Source: Veleropilina oligotropha (taxonomy: Eukaryota). From it: a stretch of DNA of 64,000 bases. How positions within the stretch are numbered: the first letter of the stretch is position 1; the number at the start of each line of letters is the position of its first letter. The notes under the pieces were generated by a model. The model ran no database searches. It was not told the DNA's origin and saw only the letters and a list, made by a program, of their open reading frames with translations. The stretch covers positions 1 through 64,000 of the forward strand of contig JBEUKZ010000135.1 of NCBI GenBank assembly GCA_048128005.1. The letters are read 5' to 3'. The translations under genes were made by a program, and so were the position numbers. Below, one piece after another: positions 49,504-63,162 of this stretch.

Positions 49504-52500
49504 GGGTTATACCAGTGGACAGTTTTACCGTTCGGTCTCACAAACTCACCTTCAACTTTCGAAAGACTATTGGTTGACACTCTCCGAGGTTTACAGTGGC
49601 AGGAATGTCTCATCTACATGGATGATATCATTGTCCCTGCCATTACTGTCGAGCAATCGCTAGAGAGACTAGAGCATGTATTTCAACGTCTGAACGAAGC
49701 CAACCTTAAACTTAAACCGTCAAAATGTTTATTTTTCCAAAAATCAAAAAAATTCTTAGGACATATTGTTTCTGCAGATGGAGTTCAGACTGATCCTGCT
49801 AAAACCATGGATATAAAAAATTGTCCAAGGCCGAAAAATGCAAAGGAAATGAGAAGTGTCGTTGGGTTGTGCTCATACTACCGGCGATTTGTAAAAGATT
49901 TTGCCACCGTAGTGAAGCCCCTGCACAAATTATGTGCCAAGAAGTTAAAATTTGAGTGGAAATCAGAATGTGCACAAGGCTAGCATTTACAGAATTGAAG
50001 AAAGCTCTAACATCACCTCCTGTGTTGTCTTATCCTAAAGAAAATATCAAGTTCATACTCGACACAGATGCAAGTGAGTACGCAGTGGGAGCGGTTCTCT
50101 CACAGGAACAAGAAGGACATGAAAGAGTTATATTGCTTACATGAGCAAATCAGCACGAGATCAATTACTGTGTTACGAGAAATGAACTGTATGCTGTCAT
50201 AGCTGCTTTGAGACATTTCCACTGCTACCTGTATGGTCAAGAAGTTCATCTGAGGACGGATAATAGCGCTGTTAGCTGGATGAGACATTTTAAAACACCC
50301 ACAGGACAAGTTGCAAGATGGCTTCAGGAGTTAGGGACCTGCAATATAATTGTGCAACACCGAGCAGGGAAGAAACATTCTAATGCAGATGCGCTGTCAA
50401 GAAACCCATGCAAGGCATGCGAGTGACAACAAAAGGGAAACAGTCAACTCGATGAACAAGATGAAAATCACTGTGAAGCACAATATTGTGATGTCACTAT
50501 GCCAGTCTATGCCGCAACACGAAGCAAAATTGCCGAAACTACCGGTAGTATACCGATACCAAATGCTGTTATGGACGGTTGGACAAATGAGCAAATCAAA
50601 CAAGATCAACTGGAGGATAGCGATGTTGGAACAGTCATTATTCCGCTCTTAGACAATGCTAGCAGACCTGCATGGTCGGAAATATCCCATCTATCGTCTA
50701 CCGTAAAGACACTCTGGAGACATTGGGATCGGTTAGAATTACACAGTGGAATGCTTTTTAGACGTTGGATATCAGACGACGAATCCTCAACTCTGCAACT
50801 GGTAATTCCAAAAATTAAGAAGATTGACATTTTGAAAAGCTGTCATGATATACCAGTGCTTACCCCAGGTCATCAGTGTCATTACACGAATAATCAATGC
50901 ATCCCTCAATCTCGGCGTGTTCCCTCGGAAATGGAAAGCTGCCATAATCCGACCCCTTCTTAAGAAACTTGGGATGGAGTTAATCACCCCCAGTTACCGG
51001 CCAGTCAGCAATCTGCCCTTCCTTTCAAAGGTGTTAGAAAAAGCGGCTCTGTATCACTTCAACAAGCACTGTGATCAAAATCATATGATGCCGGATTATC
51101 AATCTGCATATCGTGCGAATTACAGTTGCGAAACGGCTCTAGTCAAGTTACTAAATGACTTGCTGTGGGCCTTCGAAAATCAGCAAGCAACGGCCTTAAT
51201 GGCAATCGACTTAAGCGCAGCATTTGACACCGTGGACCATGACATTTTGTTAAATGTGTTGAGCAAAAAATTTGGAATTAAGGATAAAGCACTGCGCTGG
51301 TTCGACTCATATCTTCGACAAAGACAGTGTAGGGTCAACATCGGAACAAAATACTCTACCAGCAAGCAACTCGACTTCAGTGTCCCGCAGGGGTCTTGTG
51401 CGGGCCCTGTACTATACCTGGCGTATGCTAGCACGATGAAGGATGTCGTACCGACAGGGCTCGACCTGCATGGGTATGCTGACGACCATGCCCTGAAACA
51501 ATCCTTCATGGCAAATGATCGTCAGGCCGAGCGCAATACAATTAACTCACTGGAGGACAGTGCTGTCGCCATCAAAAAGTGGATGGACGCCAACAGACTT
51601 AAAATGAACAGTACCAAAACAGAGTTCACGATATTCGCAGCGCCGGTTCAACTAGCGAAGTGTGTGACTAAATCTCTAACGGTCGCAGGTGATATTATTC
51701 ATCAATCGAACGCCATAAAATATCTTGGTGCTACGCTGGACGCCAGCTTAACCTTCAAGAAACATATCTCCATTAAATGTAGGACTGCAATGTTCAATCT
51801 GCAGAAGATAAAACACATTCGGCCATTCCTGACAGAAGAAGCGTGCCACACAATCGTACATGGACTGGTCATTTCGCACATCGACTACGCGAACTGCTTG
51901 TACCAAGGCCTGCCTGACTGTTCTGTGAAGCGACTTCAACGTGTACAGAATATGGCGGCGAAGACCATCCTTCGGAAAGGCAAATACGACAGCGTCACCG
52001 AATGTCTTAAAGCACTCCACTGGCTACCAATTAGACGCAGAGTGGAACATAAAGTACTAACATTGGTGTACAAGTGTATCCATGGTGACGCCCCAGTGTA
52101 CCTCAAAGAACTGTTAACCAGACGCGAACCCAGAAGACCTGGGCTTAGATCAAGTGTATCAAATGACACACTTCAGGTTCCGCACACAAAACGAAAAACA
52201 TTCGCCTCTCGATCATTCAGTGTGGCCGGTCCTCATCTGTGGAACCAGCTGCCTGACGCCATCAAACACAGCGCCAACGTCCATGTATTCAAGCGTAAAC
52301 TGAAAACTCATCTTTTTAATCAAACATATAACAAGTAGATGTATGTTCTAGTCGTCGTTTTCTAGTCAATTACATAGTCAAGGCAAAATATACGTTACCT
52401 GTACATTTTATTTCATTTTACTGTATGTATATATATCTGGTTATTATTAATTTGTCATAATATGTCTTATGCACAATGATTTTGATTGTATGTACTATTT

Positions 52501-53600
52501 TTCTGTTCAGCGCCTTAGAAACATTTTATGTAATAGGTGCGCTATACCAAATAATTGTATTGTATTGTATTGTATACCATCATCAGGACATCTTGGTATT
52601 GAAAAAACACTTTGGAAGGCGAGGCAGAAGTTCTACTGGCCAGGGATGAAGGAGTTTGTTGCAAAGTATTGTGAACAGTGCAACAGGTGCGCAGCAAGGA
52701 AGACGCCCAAATGTCGTAAAGCGCAAATGGGACAACCCCTAGTGGGCGAACCGATGGAAAAGGTTGCGGTGGATATCATGGGACCGTTGCCCATAACTGC
52801 AAAGGGAAATAGACACATCCTGGTAATGTGTGATTGTTTCACAAAATGGACTGCAGCTGTTGCCTTGCCAAATCAAGAAGCTGAGACGGTTGCACGAGCG
52901 TTTGTAGATGTCTTCATTTAAAGATTTGGTACACCCTTACATGTTCATTCCGATAGAGGTTCAAACTTTGAATCAGAAATCTTCAGTGCAACATGTGAAC
53001 TCCTGCAAATAAAAAAGACACGGGTTACCGCCATGAGACCACAAGCAAATGGAATAGTCGAGCGATTCAACAGAACATTAGAAGCAATGTTAACTATGTA
53101 CTGTGAGGGCCAACAGAAGACTTGGGACCAATATATCCAGCAAGTTGTGATGGCTTACAGAGCAACGGTCCATTCCTCAACAGGGAAAAGTCCGAACATG
53201 ATGGTGTTTGGTAGAGAAGTAGTCATGCCACTTCAGGCACTGATTGATCTTCCAGCTTCCCAGAGCCCAAGCCAGGTGTTTCCACAGAGAAATTACAAGG
53301 AATTCATGATACAAGCAGAAAACACCTGAGACAAGATGCCGAATACAGAAAACGTCATTATGATTTGACGGCAAGAATGAGACAATTAGATGTTGGTCAA
53401 ACGGTGTGGATATACAACCCCTGCAGAAGGAAAGGTGTATGTTCAAAACTAACATCCAAGTGGATGGGACCATGCCTAATAACCGTCAGGATGTGAAGTG
53501 TTCTGCCACAAAGCCTGTCAAAGCATTTCACATTGACCGATTACGGAAGTACAGTGGTTTTCACTTACCTGCATGGTTAAACAAACTGACCATTACACTG
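49504..53600 (+). mobile_element. Gypsy LTR retrotransposon pol (RT, RNase H, integrase), degraded; no LTRs found
   Basis: LPFGLTNSP, YMDD, LDTDAS, TDNSA, NADALSR, H..GH..C..C, VDIMGP, SDRG, NGIVERFN. Confidence 0.92.
50856..52572 (+). mobile_element. 5'-truncated L2/CR1-group LINE nested in the Gypsy integrase
   Basis: Open RT ORF to 52338 (YRPVSNL, DLSAAFD, VPQGS, YADD, LHWLP, FKRKLKTHLF); (ATTGT)n tail; TSD TATACCA at 50849-50855 and 52573-52579. Confidence 0.93.
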
Positions 53601-54243
53601 ACAAGAAACGATGGGACGAGAACTGTGACTGAGCGACAGTAAACGTTAACATTCGTACGTAAATAATTATTGAATAAAACTTAGCTGATTGAATAAGGTC
53701 CGTGAAGATTGCTACCTATAACAGCTTTTAAACCGAAGTAAACCTTGATTTTTACATTTTAAGTTACCTTAATGTGTGATGAAGAGGTTAATGGTCTCGG
53801 AATGACAAGGGGGTAACCGGGGAATTAGTAGAAGCAGGGGGATTCTACACTCAGTAGTTAGTGTAGGGGGGGGGGGGGGGGTTCTACACTCAGTGGTTAG
53901 TGTAGGGGTTCACTGGTTAAGCCGGTGTGAAGGGATGTCCAGAAATTTGGATAAGTAGATGGCTTACGTATCCGGTTGGAATAATGGGTTTTATTCTGGT
54001 ATTCCTGCGGTCTACTGTTCGATCCGATGAGGTGGAAGAATAGAATACCTGGATCGTGAACAAGTTTGGGTTCCCACTTGTAGAGAAAGAAGACCGGAGT
54101 ATTTATCAAGTCGTTGTTCTTGTGATAAATGAAGTATTTATTTTAAATCGCATATCATACATACGGAAGAGTGACTCTATAGTTAGAATCAATTGTCTGT
54201 GACTTGAGCCTGTAACTCAAGATGAGTTTTGTTCATTTCAGCC

Positions 54244-54450
54244 ATGTCCACAGCCAACCAATACAGACACAACTGCTCTTGGTGCCCTGCAGGGTTTGCT
54301 TCACGGCCTGCATTAAAGAACCACCTCATCAGTCCGCCACACAACGCACTTCGTGTTGTGTGCCTGTGGTGCTTTGGTGAAGAGCGCAACTTCAGGTGGA
54401 CGTGTGACCTATACAAACACGTCCAGAAGAGTCATTTTCAGGAGATGGAA
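54244..54450 (+). pseudogene. Two C2H2-like zinc fingers downstream of Gypsy pol
   Basis: CSWCPAGF.....LKNHL...H and CLWC........DLYKHVQKSH. Confidence 0.55.
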
Positions 54451-54639
54451 GCGCAGCACGGTCAAATTAATTGTATGGTAGTGTATGTTGTGTCCTACAA
54501 TCATAAGCACCCATCGGATTTTCCTGATTTTCGGTGTGTTCACGGATAGTGGTAATTTGTATGATAATGCAACTCAGTGTGATTTCTACTAAGTCACAGC
54601 CCAATTTCAAAACGTGATATTGCACGTGGAAAGTGACGA

Positions 54640-55216
54640 TTGAGCCCCTTAAAAGTCACAGGCAAAATGCCATTAGCATGCACTATCATCATGCCACACT
54701 TCGACATCGTGCCGAGGGTCAGAGCTATTTGAATGCTTATGGCTGGAATGGCACATCTCCAAGTTGCTCGCCACTCTGATGGTGCGATAGATGCCTATTT
54801 TCGATCGCAGCTTGTAATTGTCCCGAAACCCCAATACAAAGATACGTATCAACTCCAGCATGACAGTGCACAGCCAGGTTCACAGAGGATTTCCTGTATG
54901 CCAATAATGCAATAGTGCTACAGTGGCCTTCCATAAAATCATCAGACATGAAACCCATTGAACATATGTGGGACGAACTTGGACGCCATGTTCAGCGTCA
55001 ACAGAACTCTCCACGTTACGTTGCTACATGTACTACAATCGAGCACAGCGCGATTTTGACAGTCATTCTGGTGAACCAAAGTGTTGACACAATTTCACTA
55101 TTTTTTCTGTGATGTTATCCATGAAATCATTCGTAATTTCTTAAACGATTTTTGGGCTGTAATAGATACAATACATTAATTTGCAATTAAATTTGCGTTT
55201 TCATTGCCTCTCAGTA
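54640..55216 (+). mobile_element. Tc1 transposase remnant with right end
   Basis: QHDSAQP and WPSIKSSDMKPIEHMWDELGRHV (DD34E region); ends ..CTCTCAGTATA. Confidence 0.7.
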
Positions 55217-55640
55217 TATAATACTGATTTAAAAGGGTGTTTGGTTAATAGCAACAGAAAATTTAAATGTGAAGGTTATAAATATAAGGGTATATATATG
55301 TGTATTGATGCTAGCTCTCAGGACTTGACATGATACCTTCAGTGAAAAGGGAGGTACTGTAATTCTGAAAACATTAGTGAACCATTAAAACCCACAGCCA
55401 GTGCCTGACCTGTTTATGTTATCTACTGTCAAACATGAGAATGGTTCATTTTTTGGACGGTTTGTTGATTTGAGGCGAGCTTTCATTTGTTTGCTGGTTA
55501 GACATTAGCTTGCCTTTAAGGACAGTTTGGATTAGAAGTGAACCTATCTTTTAAGGACAGTTTGTTGATTAGACGGGAACCTACCATGTAGGAAGGGCAG
55601 TATATTAGACGAGATTCAGCCTTGCAGGAATGGTCATTTA

Positions 55641-56180
55641 TCAGTAGTGATCGATCCAATCGTGTATGATGGGTCATTGATCAGTAGTGATCGATCCAAT
55701 CGTGTATGATGGGTCATTGATCAGTAGTGATCGATCCAATCGTGTATGATGGGTCATTGATCAGTAGTGATCGATCCAATCGTGTATGATGGGTCATTGA
55801 TCAGTAGTGATCGATCCAATCTAGTATGAAGGGTCATTAATCAGTAGTGAGCCTACCTTGTATGATGTGTTGTTGATCAGTAGTGAGCCTACCTTGTATC
55901 AGTAGTGAGCCTTCCTTGTATGATGTGTTGTTGATCAGTATTGAGCCTACCTTGTATGTGTTGTTGATCAGTAGTGAGCCTACCTTGTATGATGTGTTGT
56001 TGATCAGTAGTGAGCCTACCTTGTATGATGTGTTGTTGATCAGTAGTGAGTCTACCTTGTATGATGTGTTGTTGATCATTAGTGAGCCTTCCTTGTATTA
56101 TGTGCTGCTGATCAGTAGTGAGCCTACCTTGTATGATGTGTTGTTGATCAGTAGTGAGCCTACCTTGTATGATGTGTTGT
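55641..56180. repeat. Compound minisatellite (40-bp x5, then 36-bp x about 9)
   Basis: TCAGTAGTGATCGATCCAATCGTGTATGATGGGTCATTGA, then TCAGTAGTGAGCCTACCTTGTATGATGTGTTGTTGA. Confidence 0.95.
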
Positions 56181-57153
56181 TGCTGTTGGCGCAGTATATC
56201 ATTTGACATTCCACGGATGTCTTCTGGTTCATCACGAATGCCCCAAGGGTCGCTGCTTCCATCGCCCGTGCCCCGGGACCCTAATAGGGAATACATGAAT
56301 CAAAAAAGATAAATGTATGGTTACTTGACATGGCCGAGCTGTAAATTTCAAATTGTTAGCACTAATCCAAGTCTTTTGCTAATGAATAATGTCCAAAGGC
56401 GAAAAGCTTAGTGTCAGATAAAATATTGACCTGCATCGAAATGCGACACAGATAATTTTACCACCATAGAATTATGAACCACCCTGTGGAAAAATGACCC
56501 TTGTATAGAATTTTGACCCGCGTAGTAGTGACCCGGATCATTTTTCTGCGACAAAGCGACCCGGGATCACTATTCTTTAACTCTTTCAACACCGGTTTGC
56601 TGTCTACAACGTCACCTGACCAACAAGGCAGACTTGTATACCAGTTTGCTGTCTCCAACGTCACCAACACTGCACATGCACCGCTTAGCGGTCGTGTCTG
56701 CTCTCATATTTATATGCGACTACAGACATGCTAAATAGGGATTGAACTGCAGTTTGGTTGCGTTTATGCTGGTATGAACACAAGCAGCAATTAAATCTTC
56801 TATAACACGCTCCATATAGAATATGTAATTCTTGCTTGCGTTCATACCAGCATAAACGCAATCAAACTGCAGTTCAATCCTTATATTTACATTATTTTTT
56901 AACCACAATCGCGTAAAAATAAACATAATATTTAGTTTGTTATGATGTAGTTATTATTGTATATCATCAGGCAACGTCCAATTAACGGAACAGCCTTTCC
57001 ATTGAGCCAAAAAATAGTTCCTGTAAGGATTTCATTGTGCTAAAATAATGAACAATATTGTTAAATTCAATTCATAAATTTATTTGATATTAAATATATA
57101 ATGTAAATTTTATATTAGAGGCAAAACTTTTATGCATAACAATTTTATTACAT

Positions 57154-57508
57154 GCAGCCGTGATACAGTGGTAGATGCACTGGCCTCTCATCAAGAGGTT
57201 TGGGGTTCAATCCCTGATCCCGGCGAATTTCCTTGGGCAAGGAATTTAGCATATATGTGCCTCGGTTTCACCCAGTCGATCTGAGATCTGAGTGGGTACC
57301 TGGTAGGCAGTGACGAAATTGTCATTACGTCAGACTAGTCTGATGCGCCTATAAATGGCAGCTCGGCTGTAATACTCTCAGAGAGAGTTGAGATAGAATC
57401 TCGAAAAGAACAGGCCGTTAACCAGGGAATAATAATGATGTCTGCGCCACGAGCAATCACCTAGTGTTTGGAACTGTGCGCATTACAAGATGACTTATTA
57501 TTATTATT
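57154..57508 (+). mobile_element. tRNA-derived SINE (family A), (TTA)n tail
   Basis: A/B-box head (GATACAGTGGTAG / GGTTCAATCCC); homologous to 60659-61002. Confidence 0.85.
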
Positions 57509-57643
57509 ACAACAAGAAACATAGTGCAATATTACTACGCCTTGCCTATTTTCTCTATTGCGTTCATAGTAGTATCAACGCAATCAAACTGTAGTGAGCT
57601 AAATATCAGATGATGTAAATATATGCTCTTGAACTTTTAACAA

Positions 57644-57902
57644 GGCCGCTTCGGTAGCGCAGTGGGTAGAGTGTCCACTCTAAATTCACTGGCTTGTTTC
57701 CGCTGATGCGAACAGTAGTGGGATCGACCCCCGGCTGAGGCAGCACACATTTGTTCAAGTTATGAAGCACAGTTGTCCGTGACTGGCCGAAGAGGGCGGG
57801 TTTACCCGGCGACCGGGGTTTCCTCCCGCGATAACACGGACATGTCCTGCCTTGAACCTCGATGTTATAAATATACAGGACATTAAGCATAATTCCTCCT
57901 CC
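57644..57902 (+). mobile_element. tRNA-derived SINE (family B), full length
   Basis: GGTAGCGCAGTGGGTAG A box, GGGATCGACCCC B box, (CCT)n tail; 11-bp TSD ACTTTTAACAA at 57633-57643 and 57903-57913. Confidence 0.9.
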
Positions 57903-60658
57903 ACTTTTAACAAACTTTAAGGTAATTCAAAGCCATTCATCACCTGTATATTAATTGGATGAAATGGAAGCTCCTCATTAGTTATTTAGTGTTGAAAGAG
58001 TTAAGGAATAATTAATAGCAGCAATTACGAGGTTATGACTAGTGTACAAAGACGGACTTCAAAGCATTAACAGGCAATGACATTTAATCTTCCATTATAA
58101 AATTTGACAAGGTCTTGAGCAGTCAAAGGGACATAACTGTTGAGAGAAAACACAAAACTTCAACAATAAAAGGGAGATAACTCAGGTCATCATCATATAT
58201 TTAACATTACAACTGAGTGTGACTTAAGACTGAAAACAGTGACAGCTAGCTGAGACATGCAGTTTTGAGTCAAGACAATGAGACTGTCCCACAAAAGCAA
58301 GTTAGAATACTTACCTAGCATATTATTTAAACATAATGTTGATGTAAATGATTTCAGTTCTTCAACCGCATTTTGATAATTTTCAGTCGTGTCAGTAGTC
58401 AGATCTTCGGTTTAATGTCTCCTTTTAATGGACAGCTAGAGTTTTTCTAAACATCCCTTCTATTAAAGTCGTGTTTTTAAAACATTGTAATACACCACAC
58501 AGCTGCGGGAGTCAAACCTAGAAGAGGTTTTTCTGTCACTACATGTATATCATTTGAGCTATAGAGAACAGTTGCATGTAAACAATAAATCACAACACAG
58601 TTGCATATCGAGAACGGATTTTTATCGATAATGGGCTTTGATCTAAAACAGATTGACAGTCAGCGTCACTTCTGGAGGCGGTGCCCACCAAAAAACAATT
58701 TTGTAGAATTATGTATAGGAGAGCAAACCAATATTATGTTAAATCTCCCATGTGACAGAAGATAAATACACAATTATGACCTTGACATTTGGCACAGTGA
58801 CTTATCTACGAAGTTAATTAAACTGATGGTATACAAGCTATATGCCAATAATGTATAGTTTAGGGTCAGATTATCTTCTATGTGACAGAAAGTACAAGTA
58901 TGGCCGCAGCCGCCAATAGATGCAAGTCCGCGACATGCCTAACAGGTGGACCAAAATGTTACATGAGTTACACACCAAATCTGTTTATTTTAATAGCTGT
59001 TGTTACCATTTAATACAGCTTTCTGATGCACAGAAGTCCTGTACACAGAGCTATTGTATGAAGCAAACATGCAACCATAGCAAAATATGACCACAGTCAT
59101 TTAAAAAGATAGAAAATAATCGATTTCAATATTCAATTGGAACATGTGGGTAATGCAGAAGTGGTCTGTTTGTCATGTGGTATTACAGTTGTATCAAGTG
59201 AACTGTTTGTCACTGTGGAATTTGAATATTCTAGTGGAATCCAGATATTGTCATCTTGTGCAGTAAATGCTTCCTCCATTACAAAACTACATCAAACATG
59301 TCAGCTTTAAAATGTTGTCAGCAACACTGCGATTGGCTCCACTGCATTTATACCATAACTCACCCCAATAAGAGACAGTTTAGTCTCAACAATCAACAGT
59401 AAACACACATAAATGCTAACAACATCTGTCACTGAAAGACAACACTGAAAATTGTTATTCAACAGACTGCAGAGGAAGGAAAGCATGAAATTCCAGTAAG
59501 CTACCACCATGAAATGACAAGCGAATTCCGCATCACCATGCAAGAAACAAACACGACACAGTTGTCATAGCATATCTAATGAGCATTAGCACCCACATAG
59601 GGTGCATGCATTGTAGTCTGGAAAAAACATGAATAGAAAGTTACAATTAAATTACTAATTAAGTTTCTACAGTCTACTATTAATGAATAAAATAATGAAA
59701 GATGATTTTCCAGCATGAATATATGGAGATGGGTAAAAGTAGGATTTAATTGCCATTAACTTCCAGAGAGAGTTGAGAGTAGCGAAATACATGAAGTGTG
59801 TGTAGTTAAGCTTTCCAAGATTTCAACATCCACATATGGAAGCAATTGAAGTGGTGACACATTCATGCCATACTGTTAACTGTAATACAGTATTGCTGCC
59901 AATAGACACTGCATCAAGGATTCACAGTTTTATACATGACTGTTGACCATAAATTAATTATTCCATTTTACACTTTGAACATCACATGTAAAAATTCCAA
60001 AATAATTGTATCACTTAGTATGATGATATTATACAATTTTCATGTTGGGGCAACATTAACCTCATAGCCTCCGGAGCACAGTATACTGTGCCTCGGTCTC
60101 ATGTACCTCTTTACTGATAAATGTTACATATATTTCGATGCTTAGCCACGTTTAATTTTCTGATTTATAATGACTAAGAATAATAACGCTATTATATCCA
60201 ACAAAAACAATACATATAGACAACTAGAGGTGTATATATCTTCTATGATTACCAACGGTGAATAACGCAACATTTTACCAAAATGGCGGACATGAATGTA
60301 AGTCTTACACATATTAGATGATAGGAGTGATAGTGAAATGGACAATTTATATTTTTTGACTGATTCGGATGAAGGTCTTTCTGACACGAAAACTGATGAA
60401 AATGATATCAATAATGATGCTATCAGTTGATCCCCACCCCCCTCTCAAACAGAGGAATCCGAACCCACCACGTCCATTTTGAATATATAATATAATGACT
60501 TGTGAAATACTTGTAAAATATAACCATTTCAAATTACAGATCTTACAAATAGTATTTATATTCTATATACACTATAGTATGTAACATGTTTTATTAGACC
60601 TATCAGTATTTTGTTAGGCAACAAAATTATTATTTCGAAAGATCTATATTTATATATA

Positions 60659-61002
60659 GCAGCCGTGGTACAGTGGTAAATGCACTGGCCTCTCACTTGA
60701 GATGTTTGGGGTTCAACCCCGATCCCTGCGACTTCCCTTGGGCAAGGAATTAAGCATATATTGCCTCGGTTCACGCAGCCGCTCCGAGATCTAAATGAGT
60801 ACCTGGTTGGCAGTGGCAGAATATGTCAGAATGACAGGTCAAGCGCCTAACAGGCATGTACTTGGCCGCAATACTCTCAGAGGAATTGAGAAGGAATATT
60901 GAATGAACAGGCCAATAACCAGGGTATAATAATGTAAGCGCTTTGAGCACGCATCTCGTATGTGTTGGAAAGCGCAGATAAATCTTCACATTATTATTAT
61001 TA
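60659..61002 (+). mobile_element. tRNA-derived SINE (family A), second copy
   Basis: Colinear with 57154-57508; L2-like 3' tail. Confidence 0.85.
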
Positions 61003-61599
61003 CGTCATTTTTGCTGATATTGAAATAAAATATATGTATATAATCATACAATAATTTTATGTTTCTATGTCTCTTTTTGTAGAAAAATGAATATACAATC
61101 TGATTATGTCAGATTTACAGCATGATATGTGAATAATTATAAGTGTTCAGGATTGGAAGTTGAAAATATCAGAATTCTTGATCTTGATAGCGGCCATTTT
61201 GAATATATAATGAGGTCAGGTGACCTAATTTGCATAATTTTACTCGTCTAAATTGAAGGTCTTGCAATTACCTTTCATATGATATATGATAAAATATTTT
61301 GGGTGTCCAGAATCGGGACTAAATTTGTTGTCATTTCCGGGCTTCCCTTATGGAAAAACTATGTCATAGAGATTTATGGTTTTAACCTTTGTGTTACTTA
61401 GCACAGGGGAGAAGTTTTGCTATCTTCGATAGCCCTGTTCTGACTGCTTTCCTATTGCGGTATCAGAATCAATATGAACTAGAGGTTTGCTCCGCATACT
61501 GGCCTGCCTTTTGTATATAATATATCCATAGAGATTAAATAATCAACAAATTTCATATTAGTAACTGGCAGAAAGCATATATATTTTACAATAGTTCAT

Positions 61600-61830
61600 A
61601 TCTTGACCTTTGACCCCATCTTTGAACTTGGGCAAGGCCTGATGGTATACAAGGTGTATATACCAAATATGAAAAGTGTAGGTCCAGCGGTTCGTCTTCT
61701 ATTTGACAGAAAGCAATGTTTAGATTGGAAACACATGAAAATGGCCTTGACCTTTGACCCAGTGCCCCATCTTTGAACTTAGGCAAGGCCTGATGATATA
61801 CAAGGTGTATACCAAATATGAAAAGCATAG
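61600..61830. repeat. ~145-bp duplicated TGACCTTTGACC-type repeat
   Basis: CTTGACCTTTGACC..CCCCATCTTTGAACTT.GGCAAGGCCTGATG.TATACAAGGTGTAT occurs twice. Confidence 0.7.
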
Positions 61831-61933
61831 CTGTGACAGAAAGCGATCAGCAGACGCCGACAGACGCCATCCATGACTATATGTTTACATCGTCCGCTAT
61901 TTAGCTCACTACAGTTCGATTGCGTTCATACTA

Positions 61934-63162
61934 CAGTGGATTCCGCTTAATTGTATAGCGAGATTATTGCGATTATTTATGCAATTAAGCGGATTATGCG
62001 TTTAACCGTTACGTAAATTTCGGAAAGATTTTCGCCGGAAATCACCCATGATAATTACTTGTATTTAAATGGTTCTTTATTATAAATATATGTCCTGGTA
62101 ATAAATTTATTTGCAAAGGAGAATTTGCATAATGCATTTTTCTTTCCATGAATACGGATTGTATACACAATATTTTGTGGTTATTCTGACCTGTTTCAGT
62201 AGAATTGATATATAGTTTACTATGGTGTGGAAATTCATATTCTGAACGTTTCTCTTCTGCTGAACACATGTCGCGTTATCGGCCGCCATGTTGAAAATTT
62301 AGCCCTATGTTTTAATCTCGAATCGATTTGTTTTTACAATTATTGAATAATTATTTCTAGCGATATTTAATTAGTCCAGTTAATTATGTTATGATATAAA
62401 AAAACTTATAAGACGTTGTCTTCATATATAAATTGAAATAATAATTAAATCACCGTAGTTCTCAACAACGATGCTACGAATCCAAATCAGGGGAGATAAT
62501 ATTTTTAATATTGTTGCAAAAGACACGTTGTGTTGATGTTGTCTTATAATTATGTTATTTATCGGCGAACTAAGTGATGTTCACATGAATACATGTAACA
62601 GCACCTTTTACATTGATTCGTAAGCCTAATCGTTGATTTTGCGTTCAGATAAACCCAAAAGTCTGTCATTTGGACTTTGACAATAGATTTTAATCCGATT
62701 ATCCACTTTATCGATCGATGTCTGCCATCCCATAATATCCCCGATTGACATTGTTCATTTCCATAACATTTCTACACTGAAAAGATGTTTATCGAACTTT
62801 CAGTTCCCACTTTTTCCGGAAGTAAACATTATTTTGAAACCCACGAGGTTGAAAAAAGGGTTCAACTTTGAATGTTACTGTTGATTAAACATCTTTACGA
62901 TGGCGTAGCAAGACATACCGGCAAATACGCAAGTATTTTGATCAATTTAACGATGTTAATATCAATTATGTATTGTTTTGTCAATTATGCAGCCGAAAAT
63001 TTCTTATGCAAATAAGCGAAAATGCGGTAATTATGCATGCAATTAAGCGATTATTAGCATATGATAATACGTGTAATAGTAAACTATTCTGTTCCTGTAG
63101 ATTTTATGCAAATATCCGAAATATGCAATTAAGCGTTAAATGCAATTAAGTGGAATCCACTG
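61934..63162. mobile_element. Non-autonomous Tc1/mariner (pogo/Tigger-like) MITE
   Basis: TIR CAGTGGATTCC(G/A)CTTAATTG at both ends; TA duplicated at 61932-61933 and 63163-63164. Confidence 0.9.

Noticed and set aside
55837..56296. Repetitive ORFs (QQHIIQGRLTTD etc.)
   Set aside because: Open on both strands only because the unit is 36 bp; a minisatellite artefact.
57644..57740. tRNA gene
   Set aside because: A/B boxes continue into a SINE body with tail and TSD; same reasoning for the heads at 57154 and 60659.
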